DNA from: an uncultured Prolixibacteraceae bacterium
GTDB taxonomy: Bacteria > Bacteroidota > Bacteroidia > Bacteroidales > Prolixibacteraceae
Direction: 5' to 3'
NCBI GenBank assembly: GCA_963769925.1
Contig: CAVYOB010000018.1
Span: 19,290 to 83,289, forward strand
Length of the DNA: 64,000 bases
Within the stretch, counting starts at the first letter, position 1; the number at the start of each line of letters is the position of its first letter. A model generated the notes under the pieces. The model was not told the DNA's origin. It was given only the letters and a program-made list of their open reading frames with translations, and did not search any database. Below, one piece after another: positions 19,102 to 28,710 of this stretch. The translations under genes and the position numbers were made by a program.

Positions 19102-21237
19102 CTAATTTAACAATAACTTTATGGCCTGTGGAGAATTATCATTTTTAATAAACTCCATCAGATAAATTCCTCTTGTAAGTTCACTTAAATTGATTTTTGT
19201 AATCTGCTGTTTAAGAATTTCCTCGTGAACTAAAATCCCTGAAACATTAAACATTTTTAATATTATGCTCGATTGAATCTCGTCGTTATATTGAATTGTC
19301 AGCCAATCATGAACAGGATTTGGGAATACAGTTAAATTATTTAATTTGGGTTCATTTATTCCAGTAACAATATCAATATGTAAAGTGAAAGTTGTATCAA
19401 TAGTTGTCATTCCATCGCTTGCCTGAAGAGTAATATTCAAATCATCAGATAAATTATCAAAATGAGGAACTGAATCAGCATACAATTCTGCCGTTCCATT
19501 TCCATAATCTACAAATGACAACCATGTGGGCAAATCCGTAATAGTAATTCTGATCGAATCATAAATGTCGTAATCATAAACGTTAATATTTCCCCGGTAA
19601 CTTCTTCCCATGTAGGCGGTATCTGTGGGAAGACTTCCCCACACAGGAGCTTTATTTATATTCTGAATGGTAATCCAAATTGTATCGGGATCTGACCATA
19701 ATTCCTTGTCGCTGACTTTCAAACGAACCATGACAGTAGTATCTTTTTGTACTTCGTGGACAATAAAAAGTGGGTCAGAAGCATTGGTATCATCCAAAAT
19801 CAAATAATCAGAAATCCATTCGTATAATAATGTTTTCCCTTCAGGATCAAAAGATAATTTTCCATTGAGTACAACTTCATCTCCTTCACTAACAGTTATA
19901 TTATTCCCCGCATTGGCAATTGGTTTCAGATTTTCATGCTTAACTTTTATAACAACCGTATCTGGAATTGAATATTTATCTCCGTCAAAAACAGTTAGCG
20001 AAAAATAGAATGTGGAATCTGATAATAACCACGGAGCAGTAAAAATAATTTCTTCATTTGTCGTACTACTTATGTTTCCTCCGTTCAAACTTTTCCAGAG
20101 ATATGTTAAATTAGATGGCCCTTCATCCGGATCAAAAGAATTACTGCCATTTATTACGACCTGTTCACCCTCATTAACCTCAGTATTATAAACTGCAACA
20201 GCAACAGGCGCTAAATTTTTATGTTTTACTTTAATAAAAACAGTGTCTTTCTGAAAAATATTCGAAGAATTTGTGACAGTAAGAACCGCATAGACAAGTG
20301 ATTCAGAATTTACTTCAGGAGCAATAAAATATGCGTATGCAGAATCTTTATTTATCAATTCGATTCCACTTTCTGAAAGCTCCCAATTATACCTTATATG
20401 AAAGCCGTCGGGATCAAACGATTTACTTCCGTCAAGAAAAACGGTATCCCTTTCGTAGGTTTGAATTGTATCTGCACAAGCATTAGCCACCGGGCCGGAA
20501 ATAACATTTAATACTGTAACAATTGTTGTATCCGGATCAGAAAAGTATGTTCCATCATTAACTACTAAAACCAATCTGTATTCTTTATCATCAACTACTC
20601 TGGGAGCTGTAAAAGCAGGATTTGCCACATCAGGTTCATTTAACCCAAGAGTGTCCAAATCATACCAGAAATAGGTTAATGGATCCTGATTTAAATCGAA
20701 TGATCCACTACCATCCAATTGACCTGACTCTCCTTCATACAAAATCTGATCAGGACCCGCATTAGATTTAGGTTTGTAATTATAAGTAGCTTTTATCGAT
20801 ACATAAACAGTTGCTCCGATTTTAAATTTTGGTGGACTGATTTCATTGCCATTTGACGGATTATAATAGTCGACTTCTGTAAATTCAATTTCAACTTCTT
20901 CAGAAGAATCCCAGTATTTATATTTGATTGTATCTCCTACTTTAAATCCATCTTTATCAGCTGTTTCAGGATCATCTGAACCCGCAACAACTGACTTTGT
21001 TTTAATATCAAAGACACTATCTAAACTATTATCTAAAACAGCATTTCCAACACATAAATCATCATCGAAGATTCCGATTTCATCGCCTTTCTCAAGGTTA
21101 ATCCCATTGACTTTTATTTCCAATAGATTTATATTCATCGCATCAGTAAAGTTTCCAATCGGAGAATAATGGGTTTGGCCTGATGCATTAGTTACCAATA
21201 AAATCAGAAGAATGGAGAAACATGCGTGGAGTTTCAT
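19102..21237 (-). CDS. T9SS-CTD protein with tandem PKD/Ig-like repeats
   Basis: Four repeats of P.ANAG.D..V.EG..V.LDGS.SFDP; a cadherin/He_PIG-like unit; CTD VFPNPVHD...GIYL. Confidence 0.85.
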   Translation of the reverse strand: MKLHACFSILLILLVTNASGQTHYSPIGNFTDAMNINLLEIKVNGINLEKGDEIGIFDDDLCVGNAVLDNSLDSVFDIKTKSVVAGSDDPETADKDGFKVGDTIKYKYWDSSEEVEIEFTEVDYYNPSNGNEISPPKFKIGATVYVSIKATYNYKPKSNAGPDQILYEGESGQLDGSGSFDLNQDPLTYFWYDLDTLGLNEPDVANPAFTAPRVVDDKEYRLVLVVNDGTYFSDPDTTIVTVLNVISGPVANACADTIQTYERDTVFLDGSKSFDPDGFHIRYNWELSESGIELINKDSAYAYFIAPEVNSESLVYAVLTVTNSSNIFQKDTVFIKVKHKNLAPVAVAVYNTEVNEGEQVVINGSNSFDPDEGPSNLTYLWKSLNGGNISSTTNEEIIFTAPWLLSDSTFYFSLTVFDGDKYSIPDTVVIKVKHENLKPIANAGNNITVSEGDEVVLNGKLSFDPEGKTLLYEWISDYLILDDTNASDPLFIVHEVQKDTTVMVRLKVSDKELWSDPDTIWITIQNINKAPVWGSLPTDTAYMGRSYRGNINVYDYDIYDSIRITITDLPTWLSFVDYGNGTAELYADSVPHFDNLSDDLNITLQASDGMTTIDTTFTLHIDIVTGINEPKLNNLTVFPNPVHDWLTIQYNDEIQSSIILKMFNVSGILVHEEILKQQITKINLSELTRGIYLMEFIKNDNSPQAIKLLLN

Positions 21238-21536
21238 AACTGAAATTGGTTTTATTGCTAAAAATAAACAATATCAATAAATTTCTCATCGTAACAAGGA
21301 AATAATATAATCAGTAATATTTACATTATTTAATCTTTTCTGCACAACAGCGAAGGAACAAGTTCTTAATAAGATAATTATTTTCAAACCGATTTCGGGT
21401 GATTTACCAAAGGTTCGGGGTGGAATTAATACCAAATTTATAATTTGTTATATGAATGGAGTCTGTTCGGTTTTAAATTAGGTAGTTTCCTTTACTTTTC
21501 GATTCTTTAAGACAAAAGATAATGGTCGCTTGATCT

Positions 21537-22728
21537 TTATTGTTTTATCAGTTTTCCCATGCTCATTTTCTGGTCAGAAATAATTTTATAGAGAAAAATG
21601 CCTTGGGGAAGTTTGCTAACATCAATCCCGGCATTATGACTAAATTCTTTAGTGAAAACCAAATGTCCGAAAATATCTGACAGACTAAATGACAGCAGTT
21701 TTGCCCGAGTGATTTTGAATATCAACAGTCAGAAAATCTTTTACGGGATTTGGAAAAACTTTTGTATTATAATTTGTAAAATCGTCAACTTTCGTTGTTT
21801 CTGAGTCAACAATCTGTTGTATAAAATCGATCAAATCAACACTTCCAATTTCTGCTGTAATATTTTCGGGAAGCTCCCGTAAATGCCATGTAACATCATA
21901 ATTCAAAGTATCTCCGGCCGGAACAGAAGTATATTTACCTTGATTTTCCAGCTCAATATAAGTACCGCCCGTATAATATTCAAATTCGCCTTCACCCGGA
22001 GCATAATTATCACTGGTTACATCTTCAAAACTTTTTATAAATACAACATTATTGCTGAAAGTTTGTGCAAACCAACCGGTTTCGCCAATTCCACTAAAGA
22101 ATTTATTGCTGCTGCCGTTGGCAATGTCAAATTCCAACCAGTAATAACCCGATTCTTCCCATATTTTGTCAACCAAAGATGACCCCCAGGTACCACCCCA
22201 CGGTTCTTTATCTCCGGTTTTCCAGAAAGTTATTCCATCAGGGCCAACACGGGTAATTTCCCACAAAGAAACTGACATACTGCTGGTACCCGTATTTACC
22301 AATGAATAACGAATGGAGATTGAGTTGTTATTTTCGTTAGCCCAAAAAGTTTTAATAAACTTGAATCGCTTTCTACTGATCCCTGTCTCAACATCACTAA
22401 TAAAAATCATTTTATTCCCTTTAATGCTTGCAGTATAGGCCTTCGAATCCGTCGTAATCAACGGAGGCCAGTTCCAGGCAGACTGTGGCGATGTCCACAA
22501 AGTTGATCCGAATTGTGTAGGGTCTGTTCCCTGTTTTATGTATTCATTACCATTAAGTTTTAAAGATTTTATTCTGGCTCCCAAACTGGCGTCAACTTGT
22601 AATTCAACATCGCCAACTGACAATGAATAAATGTTGCCATTTTGCACAGGAACAACCTGAGCATTTGTAAAATGAATGTTGAAAAATAAAAGTAGAATAA
22701 GGTTTAGAAAAGTAACAACTTGTTTCAT
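21537..22728 (-). CDS. DUF4380-like (galactose-mutarotase-like) protein with T9SS CTD; frameshift near 21700
   Basis: GARIKSLKL, FGSTLWTSPQSAWNWPP, YIELENQG; CTD split between VFPNPVKD and LPQGIFLYKI..GKLIKQ. Confidence 0.75.
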
Positions 22729-22893
22729 AATTAGTTAGATTAATTAAAATCCATAAACATAACTATTTTTTTACCTTAATTAACTGAACTGAAAACTGAA
22801 CACTTAAGAAGATATTAAAATTTATTCAGCAAAACAGATAAACAAAAAAGTTTAATAATCCTCAAGAATTCTGAATATAGCCAAATCAATAAA

Positions 22894-23566
22894 TCATTTG
22901 TAAGGCTTTCCGGTTAATCCAGTATAAAAAACTTCCGCAACAAAATGTGCCCCTTTTAAATTAGGATGAATACCATCATTAAAAAAGGACGGCTTATCTT
23001 TTGCGGGAGTGTAGCAATCGATAATTTGTAAATTTTTTTCTTTTGCAACCGTTTTGAATAATTGGAATTATTTCATCGTGAATTACTGAATCATTAATAT
23101 TATATGCATGCGTAAAAGCTTTTGGTGGATAGCAAACGATAACTTTAGGATGCGATGGAAGGTTTTCAAAAGTATCAATCATCGAAATATAATCCGCATA
23201 AAAATCGTCTCCGTGTACCCAGTTATAAGGTTTGCTGTCATTTGTGCCCAGCATAATTACCACCATATTTGGCTGAAAATTCAGGGCATTCTTAAATTTC
23301 TGCTCTTTCCAGATTGGAAAATCACCCTTCTTAAGCATCGTTCTGCCACTTACGCCAAAATTCCCAACTTCCCAACCAGCAGGAAGCATTTTCGCCAATT
23401 GTCCCGGATAACTGTTTTCCGAAGGATTTTTTAAAAAGGTTCCTTCGGTTATACTGTTACCAATAATGGCCACTTTGGTAACTTTTTCCTGAGCAAAACC
23501 GGTTTGTGATAAAATTAAGACTGAAACGATTATCAAAAATCTTATAGACCTCATCACCTGATTCAT
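22894..23566 (-). CDS. SGNH/GDSL esterase (carbohydrate acetylesterase-like); frameshift near 23055
   Basis: GNSITEG, NFGVSG, MLGTNDSK; catalytic DGIHPN lies in a shifted frame ending at TGA 22894. Confidence 0.85.
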
Positions 23567-23763
23567 AATTACAATTTTGATTCTTTCGAAAGTAGGGATT
23601 TTTTGAAGAATTTTGAAACCAATACCGATGTAAAGTTTTCGCCAGGACAGTTGCTGCATTCATTTTAGTTATCAGAGTCAAGGTTCCCCGTTTCTGAAAC
23701 GGGTGGAATGATGTTATGATAATAAAGTAAATTATTTATAACTTGGCTTTTCTAAGATTTAAA

Positions 23764-26700
23764 ATGCGTCTTTTGAAAGGAGGTTTGCTTTTATTACTAT
23801 TATACTGCTCTACAGTTTTTGCACAACCACACATTGAAAACCAAACGATGCAAAAGCTGCAATTTTCTGTGTTAACGACAGAAAACGGACTTTCAAATGG
23901 TGATCTTTATACAATAGCCCAAGACAGCCTTGGATTTATATGGTTGGGTTCCCGCCAGGGACTTAACCGGTATGACGGGCACGAGTTCAAAAAATTCTAT
24001 GCCTTACCGGGAAATACAAATTCGCTTCCCCAGGACAACATTTCTACACTTGCTTATTCCCCGGATAATATATTATGGATTGGTACCGTCTCCAGCGGGT
24101 TAGTTAGCTATAACCCGATTAACGATAAATTTACACATTACAAAGAATTTCTATACAACTCCAGAGATGATGGTTATCCTAAAATTATAAAGATATTTAA
24201 TGATGCCAAGGGTTCAATCTGGGTTTCAACCGATGATGGGAAATTAATTCGTTTGAGCTATGTACACAATAACTTATCTATAAAACTCTCTGATATTAAA
24301 GTTGTTAATACATATTCTTCTGATATAAAAATTGCGGTAAATGATTTTTATTTTCTTACAGATACCAGATTACTTGTGGGAACAAACAGAGGGTTATTCT
24401 TGCTGAACCTTGACAATAATCTTAATTTAATCACAAACGATTTGTTATTGGATAAACCAACTGTTCAAATAATGCATGTCCAAAAGAAAGTTTTCCTAAA
24501 GACATATTTTAGTCCATCCAAAATTTATTATTCTAATTTGGATTATGACTTGAATATGGACAAAGTAACAGCCGCGAGTTTTGATTTTAAACCTTTTTAC
24601 CCTAATCCGGACAAGCGGGATGAGAGTGTTCCCGGAATGATTAAATATAAAAATGAAATGCTTTTTGTTCTGGACTCTTTTCGTTTAGTAGCTTATACAG
24701 TGGACTTAACGAAAAAACTCTATGAGCAGGATTTGACCAACTTATTCCAAAATGTAATCAACCAAAGAGTTTCTGAGCTTTTCATTGACAGAGACGGATC
24801 ATTGTGGTTACTAACAAACGGACTTGGTGCATTGGTTGAACAGAAGAAGCAGACAACATTTAATATATTAAGGAATATACCGGGAGATCCCTCATCTATC
24901 TCTCCGGTAAGTCTCCGCCAAATGGTGGAAGATAAAGAATATGGTGGCGTTTGGATTACCGGTTACAACGGAATAAGTTTATTTAAACCGGAATCAGGAA
25001 AAATAGAAAGATTTCCTGCCGAACAATCTGTTTACTCGCTTGCCTTAATCCCAAAACATAATCATTATTTTTTAATAGGCACTGATGGTGCGGGCATGTA
25101 TTTGGGCAATAAGAAAACAGGAAAAATCAGAAATCTTCATATTAACAATAAAAAAATGCCTATTTTGAGGGAAGGAAGGGAAGGTCAAATCTTTTCTATT
25201 TATGTTGACAAAAAGGGAAATGTTTGGTTTGGTGCTCTTGAAGGATTGCTTAAGTTTAAGCTTCCTTTGGATCTGGATAAAATTCCTCCAATCATAAATG
25301 TTGAGTACACTTCTGTTAATTCTAATCAACTAAAAACAAACAGTAAGGTTTCACATATATATCCGGTGAATGACACCCTTTTTTATCTTGCTACAGAATC
25401 CCAGGGAATACTAAAATACAATATAAAGGAAGATAAATATTCTGAAATAAAATATGATTCCGATGATCCTAAAAGCATTAGTGGAAATAACATTAAAACC
25501 ATTTACAAGTCATCAGACGGCAATTACTGGGTTGGTACAACAAACGGCTTAAACAAATGGGCTAATGATGACTACCAAAATTTCAGAAATAACTTTAAAA
25601 GAATTTCTACCCGCAATGGTTTGCCCAACAATGTGATTTACGGAATACTTGAAGATAAAGATCATAATCTCTGGATAAGCACGAACCTGGGGCTCTCTCG
25701 TTTCAACCCTTCAAAATTTATATTCGATAACTTTTCAAAAAAAGACGGATTGGCAAACGATGAGTTTAATACCAATTCATTTTTAGAGACAAGTTCCGGC
25801 GATATGTATTTTGGCAGTATTTCCGGGTTAACCTATTTTAACCCTGAAAGGGTAGTGGATAAAAGTTCATACCTGAAAATAGCATTTACCCGACTGAATG
25901 TTTTGAATAGCAACCATACTTTTGCCAGGGACATTTCGTATGACAACCACATTGAATTGAAAAATTATGAAAATATATTTTCAGTTTCCTTTTCTGCCCT
26001 CAATTACAACAGCGCCGGAAATACGGAATATTCATACCAACTTACAGGACAGGATTCCACCTGGATTGACCTGGACCAAACTCAGCGGGTGACATTTACC
26101 AATGTGAGTCCGGGGGAATATAAATTAAGGGTAAGGGCGAGAACCGCATTCACAAAATGGTCCGATAACTATTCAGAACTTTCAATTACCGTATTGCCAC
26201 CCATCTGGCAAACCTGGTGGATGTATTCGGTTTACGCACTGCTGTTTTTGCTGGCGCTTTATTTGGCAAGAAGATATGAACTTAGCAGACAACATGCAAA
26301 ACAGGCTGCAGCCCTTGAGAAAGCAAATGTTGAAAATCTGCTTGAAATAAATAAAGCAAAGTCCAACTTCTTCGCAAATATCTCGCATGAACTGCGAACA
26401 CCACTTACAGTAGTTTTGGGAATGCTTGAAAGTATAAAATCGGGAATCAGGGAAAAATATGACGACCATGAGATTGAAGAAAAATTAGAGGTTGCTTACC
26501 GAAGCGGGAAAAAACAGTTAAACATGGTCAACCAGATTTTAAACTTAACAAAACTGGATGCTGGTGAAGAAAAACTGAATGCTTCCGTTAGAAATATCAG
26601 GCCTTTTATTCGCTCAATCTGTGCATCATTTGAATCGCTTGCCGGATTAAATGAGCTTGAGTTGTCTTTTTCTTCCGATTATGAAATTGTTCCCGTTAAT

Positions 26701-27936
26701 TTCGACCCGGATAAGATTGAAAAAATATTGAACAACTTACTTTCCAATGCCATAAAGTTTACCCCTGCGGGTGGAAAAATTGATGTAAAAATAGACTCTG
26801 GATTAACCACTACAGTATTCGAAAGCAATACAAATGTCGATACAAAAAACGAGCGGTTTGTAAAAATAATAGTAAAAGATACCGGGATGGGAATCCCTGA
26901 AGAAAAGCTCAACCATATTTTTGAACGCTTTTTCCAGGTTGACAATACTTCTACCAGAAAGTATGAAGGAATTGGTATCGGGCTTAGTTTAACAAAGGAG
27001 CTTGTTGAATTGCACAACGGGAATATTGTGGTAGAAAGCAAATTTGGAGAGGGAACTACTTTCACTGTTTCATTGCCAATTGATTTTACATCCCCGCCCG
27101 ATGAAATTAAAAACACGGATTATCATTTAATCAAACAGCCAGAAAATTTGGAAAGCAATCTTTCAGAACCGGCACCGGAAAGAAAAAGGCGGACATCCAT
27201 TTTAATTGTTGAAGACAATACCGATCTCAGATACTATATAAAAGATACGTTACAGGCAGGTTACGATATTCTTGAAGCATCAAACGGAAAGGAAGGAATT
27301 GAAATAGCAGAAATAGAAATTCCCGATTTAATAATTACAGACGTTATGATGCCAAACATGGATGGATTTGAAATGACTAAACATCTTCGGGAAAGTAATG
27401 TAACCTGCCATATCCCAATAATAATGCTAACCGCAAGGGCCGCCGAAGAAGATAAGTTTTCAGGACTTGAAGCCGGGGTAGACGCATATTTAACAAAACC
27501 TTTCAGCACAAAAGAGCTTTCGCTGAGAGTTCAGAAACTTTTAGAGCTACGAGAAAAACTTTACAAAAAGATTGGTGAAGGAGCTTTTGTAAATCCGCTG
27601 GAATTAAAAATCAATTCGCTGGATCAGCAGTTTCTCAATAAAATAAAAGAAACCGTTACAGCGAATATTGGCAATGAGAATTTTTCAGTTGAAGAGCTGT
27701 CGGGGATAATGGCAATGAGCGAGCGGCAACTTCGCCGGAAATTAAGTGCTTTGATCGATGTTTCGCCGGTTGCTTATATCAGAAAACTGCGCATGAAAAC
27801 AGCCCGTGAGTTACTTATTAACGGAAACGGTAATGTTTCGCAGGTAAGCCTCGAAGTGGGTTATTCAAGTTTCACCGCATTTACTAAAGCGTTCAAAGGT
27901 GAGTTTGGTGTTCCGCCATCACAAATAAAAACCTGA
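23764..27936 (+). CDS. Hybrid two-component sensor/AraC regulator (HTCS)
   Basis: Reg_prop propeller repeats, Y_Y_Y domain, TM helix, ISHELRTPL, HATPase, receiver DVMMP, AraC HTH. Confidence 0.96.
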   Translation: MRLLKGGLLLLLLYCSTVFAQPHIENQTMQKLQFSVLTTENGLSNGDLYTIAQDSLGFIWLGSRQGLNRYDGHEFKKFYALPGNTNSLPQDNISTLAYSPDNILWIGTVSSGLVSYNPINDKFTHYKEFLYNSRDDGYPKIIKIFNDAKGSIWVSTDDGKLIRLSYVHNNLSIKLSDIKVVNTYSSDIKIAVNDFYFLTDTRLLVGTNRGLFLLNLDNNLNLITNDLLLDKPTVQIMHVQKKVFLKTYFSPSKIYYSNLDYDLNMDKVTAASFDFKPFYPNPDKRDESVPGMIKYKNEMLFVLDSFRLVAYTVDLTKKLYEQDLTNLFQNVINQRVSELFIDRDGSLWLLTNGLGALVEQKKQTTFNILRNIPGDPSSISPVSLRQMVEDKEYGGVWITGYNGISLFKPESGKIERFPAEQSVYSLALIPKHNHYFLIGTDGAGMYLGNKKTGKIRNLHINNKKMPILREGREGQIFSIYVDKKGNVWFGALEGLLKFKLPLDLDKIPPIINVEYTSVNSNQLKTNSKVSHIYPVNDTLFYLATESQGILKYNIKEDKYSEIKYDSDDPKSISGNNIKTIYKSSDGNYWVGTTNGLNKWANDDYQNFRNNFKRISTRNGLPNNVIYGILEDKDHNLWISTNLGLSRFNPSKFIFDNFSKKDGLANDEFNTNSFLETSSGDMYFGSISGLTYFNPERVVDKSSYLKIAFTRLNVLNSNHTFARDISYDNHIELKNYENIFSVSFSALNYNSAGNTEYSYQLTGQDSTWIDLDQTQRVTFTNVSPGEYKLRVRARTAFTKWSDNYSELSITVLPPIWQTWWMYSVYALLFLLALYLARRYELSRQHAKQAAALEKANVENLLEINKAKSNFFANISHELRTPLTVVLGMLESIKSGIREKYDDHEIEEKLEVAYRSGKKQLNMVNQILNLTKLDAGEEKLNASVRNIRPFIRSICASFESLAGLNELELSFSSDYEIVPVNFDPDKIEKILNNLLSNAIKFTPAGGKIDVKIDSGLTTTVFESNTNVDTKNERFVKIIVKDTGMGIPEEKLNHIFERFFQVDNTSTRKYEGIGIGLSLTKELVELHNGNIVVESKFGEGTTFTVSLPIDFTSPPDEIKNTDYHLIKQPENLESNLSEPAPERKRRTSILIVEDNTDLRYYIKDTLQAGYDILEASNGKEGIEIAEIEIPDLIITDVMMPNMDGFEMTKHLRESNVTCHIPIIMLTARAAEEDKFSGLEAGVDAYLTKPFSTKELSLRVQKLLELREKLYKKIGEGAFVNPLELKINSLDQQFLNKIKETVTANIGNENFSVEELSGIMAMSERQLRRKLSALIDVSPVAYIRKLRMKTARELLINGNGNVSQVSLEVGYSSFTAFTKAFKGEFGVPPSQIKT

Positions 27937-28191
27937 TAACTTTTTTCATTTATTCGTTTAAATCCCTACTAGTTTTTTTACTCTGAACTCTTCATCTTCT
28001 TCTTCTTTTTACAAAAAGAGGGACGATTCCGAGCACTCGGGATCAGGGTGAGTAAATAAAACTAAATATACATACACTAATACTTCTTTCATTTTTACAA
28101 ACCTTAAGTCCCGATATCTCAGCAAATCCTTAGAACTTCTTGCAACCTTTCCTGCCCAAATTCAACATTTTTCCAATTAAAAGAGCATTAT

Positions 28192-28230
28192 GTCCTTTTT
28201 GGCAAGCAAATGGTCCGAAATGGATAAGCA
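28192..28230 (+). promoter_or_regulatory. Putative HTCS binding site (direct repeat, 21-bp offset)
   Basis: GTCCttttTGGcAAGCA at 28192 and GTCCgaaaTGGatAAGCA at 28213. Confidence 0.55.
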
Positions 28231-28373
28231 CGCCGTTTAACCAGGTTTTAATTTTATCCAGGCAAAACAAAGTTTCGTTTTGCAATCACTCAAAATAGTG
28301 GAAGATGAAACGAGACTCGATTCATCGGGACGAGTTCCATCTTATACCTTAAAAAACTGACAATTTTAATAAG

Positions 28374-28691
28374 ATGAAATTTAAAAACATCATGGTAATA
28401 TTTCTTGAGGGCAGAATAGCCCGGTTATCAGCGGAGCAATTGGATGAACATTTAACAGAGCAGGTTCATCAGGGTAATGTAAAGGTAATTCTTGATTTTA
28501 CAAACGTTGATTTTATCAGTTCCGACGCGCTACGCATTCTGTTGGGTTCAATAAAAAATACCCGTGCCAACGGAGGGGATCTCTTTCTTGCAAATGTTTC
28601 TCCAATGATTCAGAATATTCTAATAACAACAGGTTTAATAAACCTCCTCAATATTTTCTCTGATGTGGATTCAGCATTAATAAATTTTTAA
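28374..28691 (+). CDS. STAS-domain anti-sigma-factor antagonist
   Basis: LEGRI, VILDFTNVDFISSDALRIL, GGDLFLANVSP, TGL..IFSDVDSAL. Confidence 0.88.
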   Translation: MKFKNIMVIFLEGRIARLSAEQLDEHLTEQVHQGNVKVILDFTNVDFISSDALRILLGSIKNTRANGGDLFLANVSPMIQNILITTGLINLLNIFSDVDSALINF

Positions 28692-28710
28692 AACAATAAA
28701 ATATAACGTG

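Noticed and set aside
22783-22804. Short ACTGAA(A/C) tandem repeats
   Set aside because: Only about three degenerate units; too short to support a function
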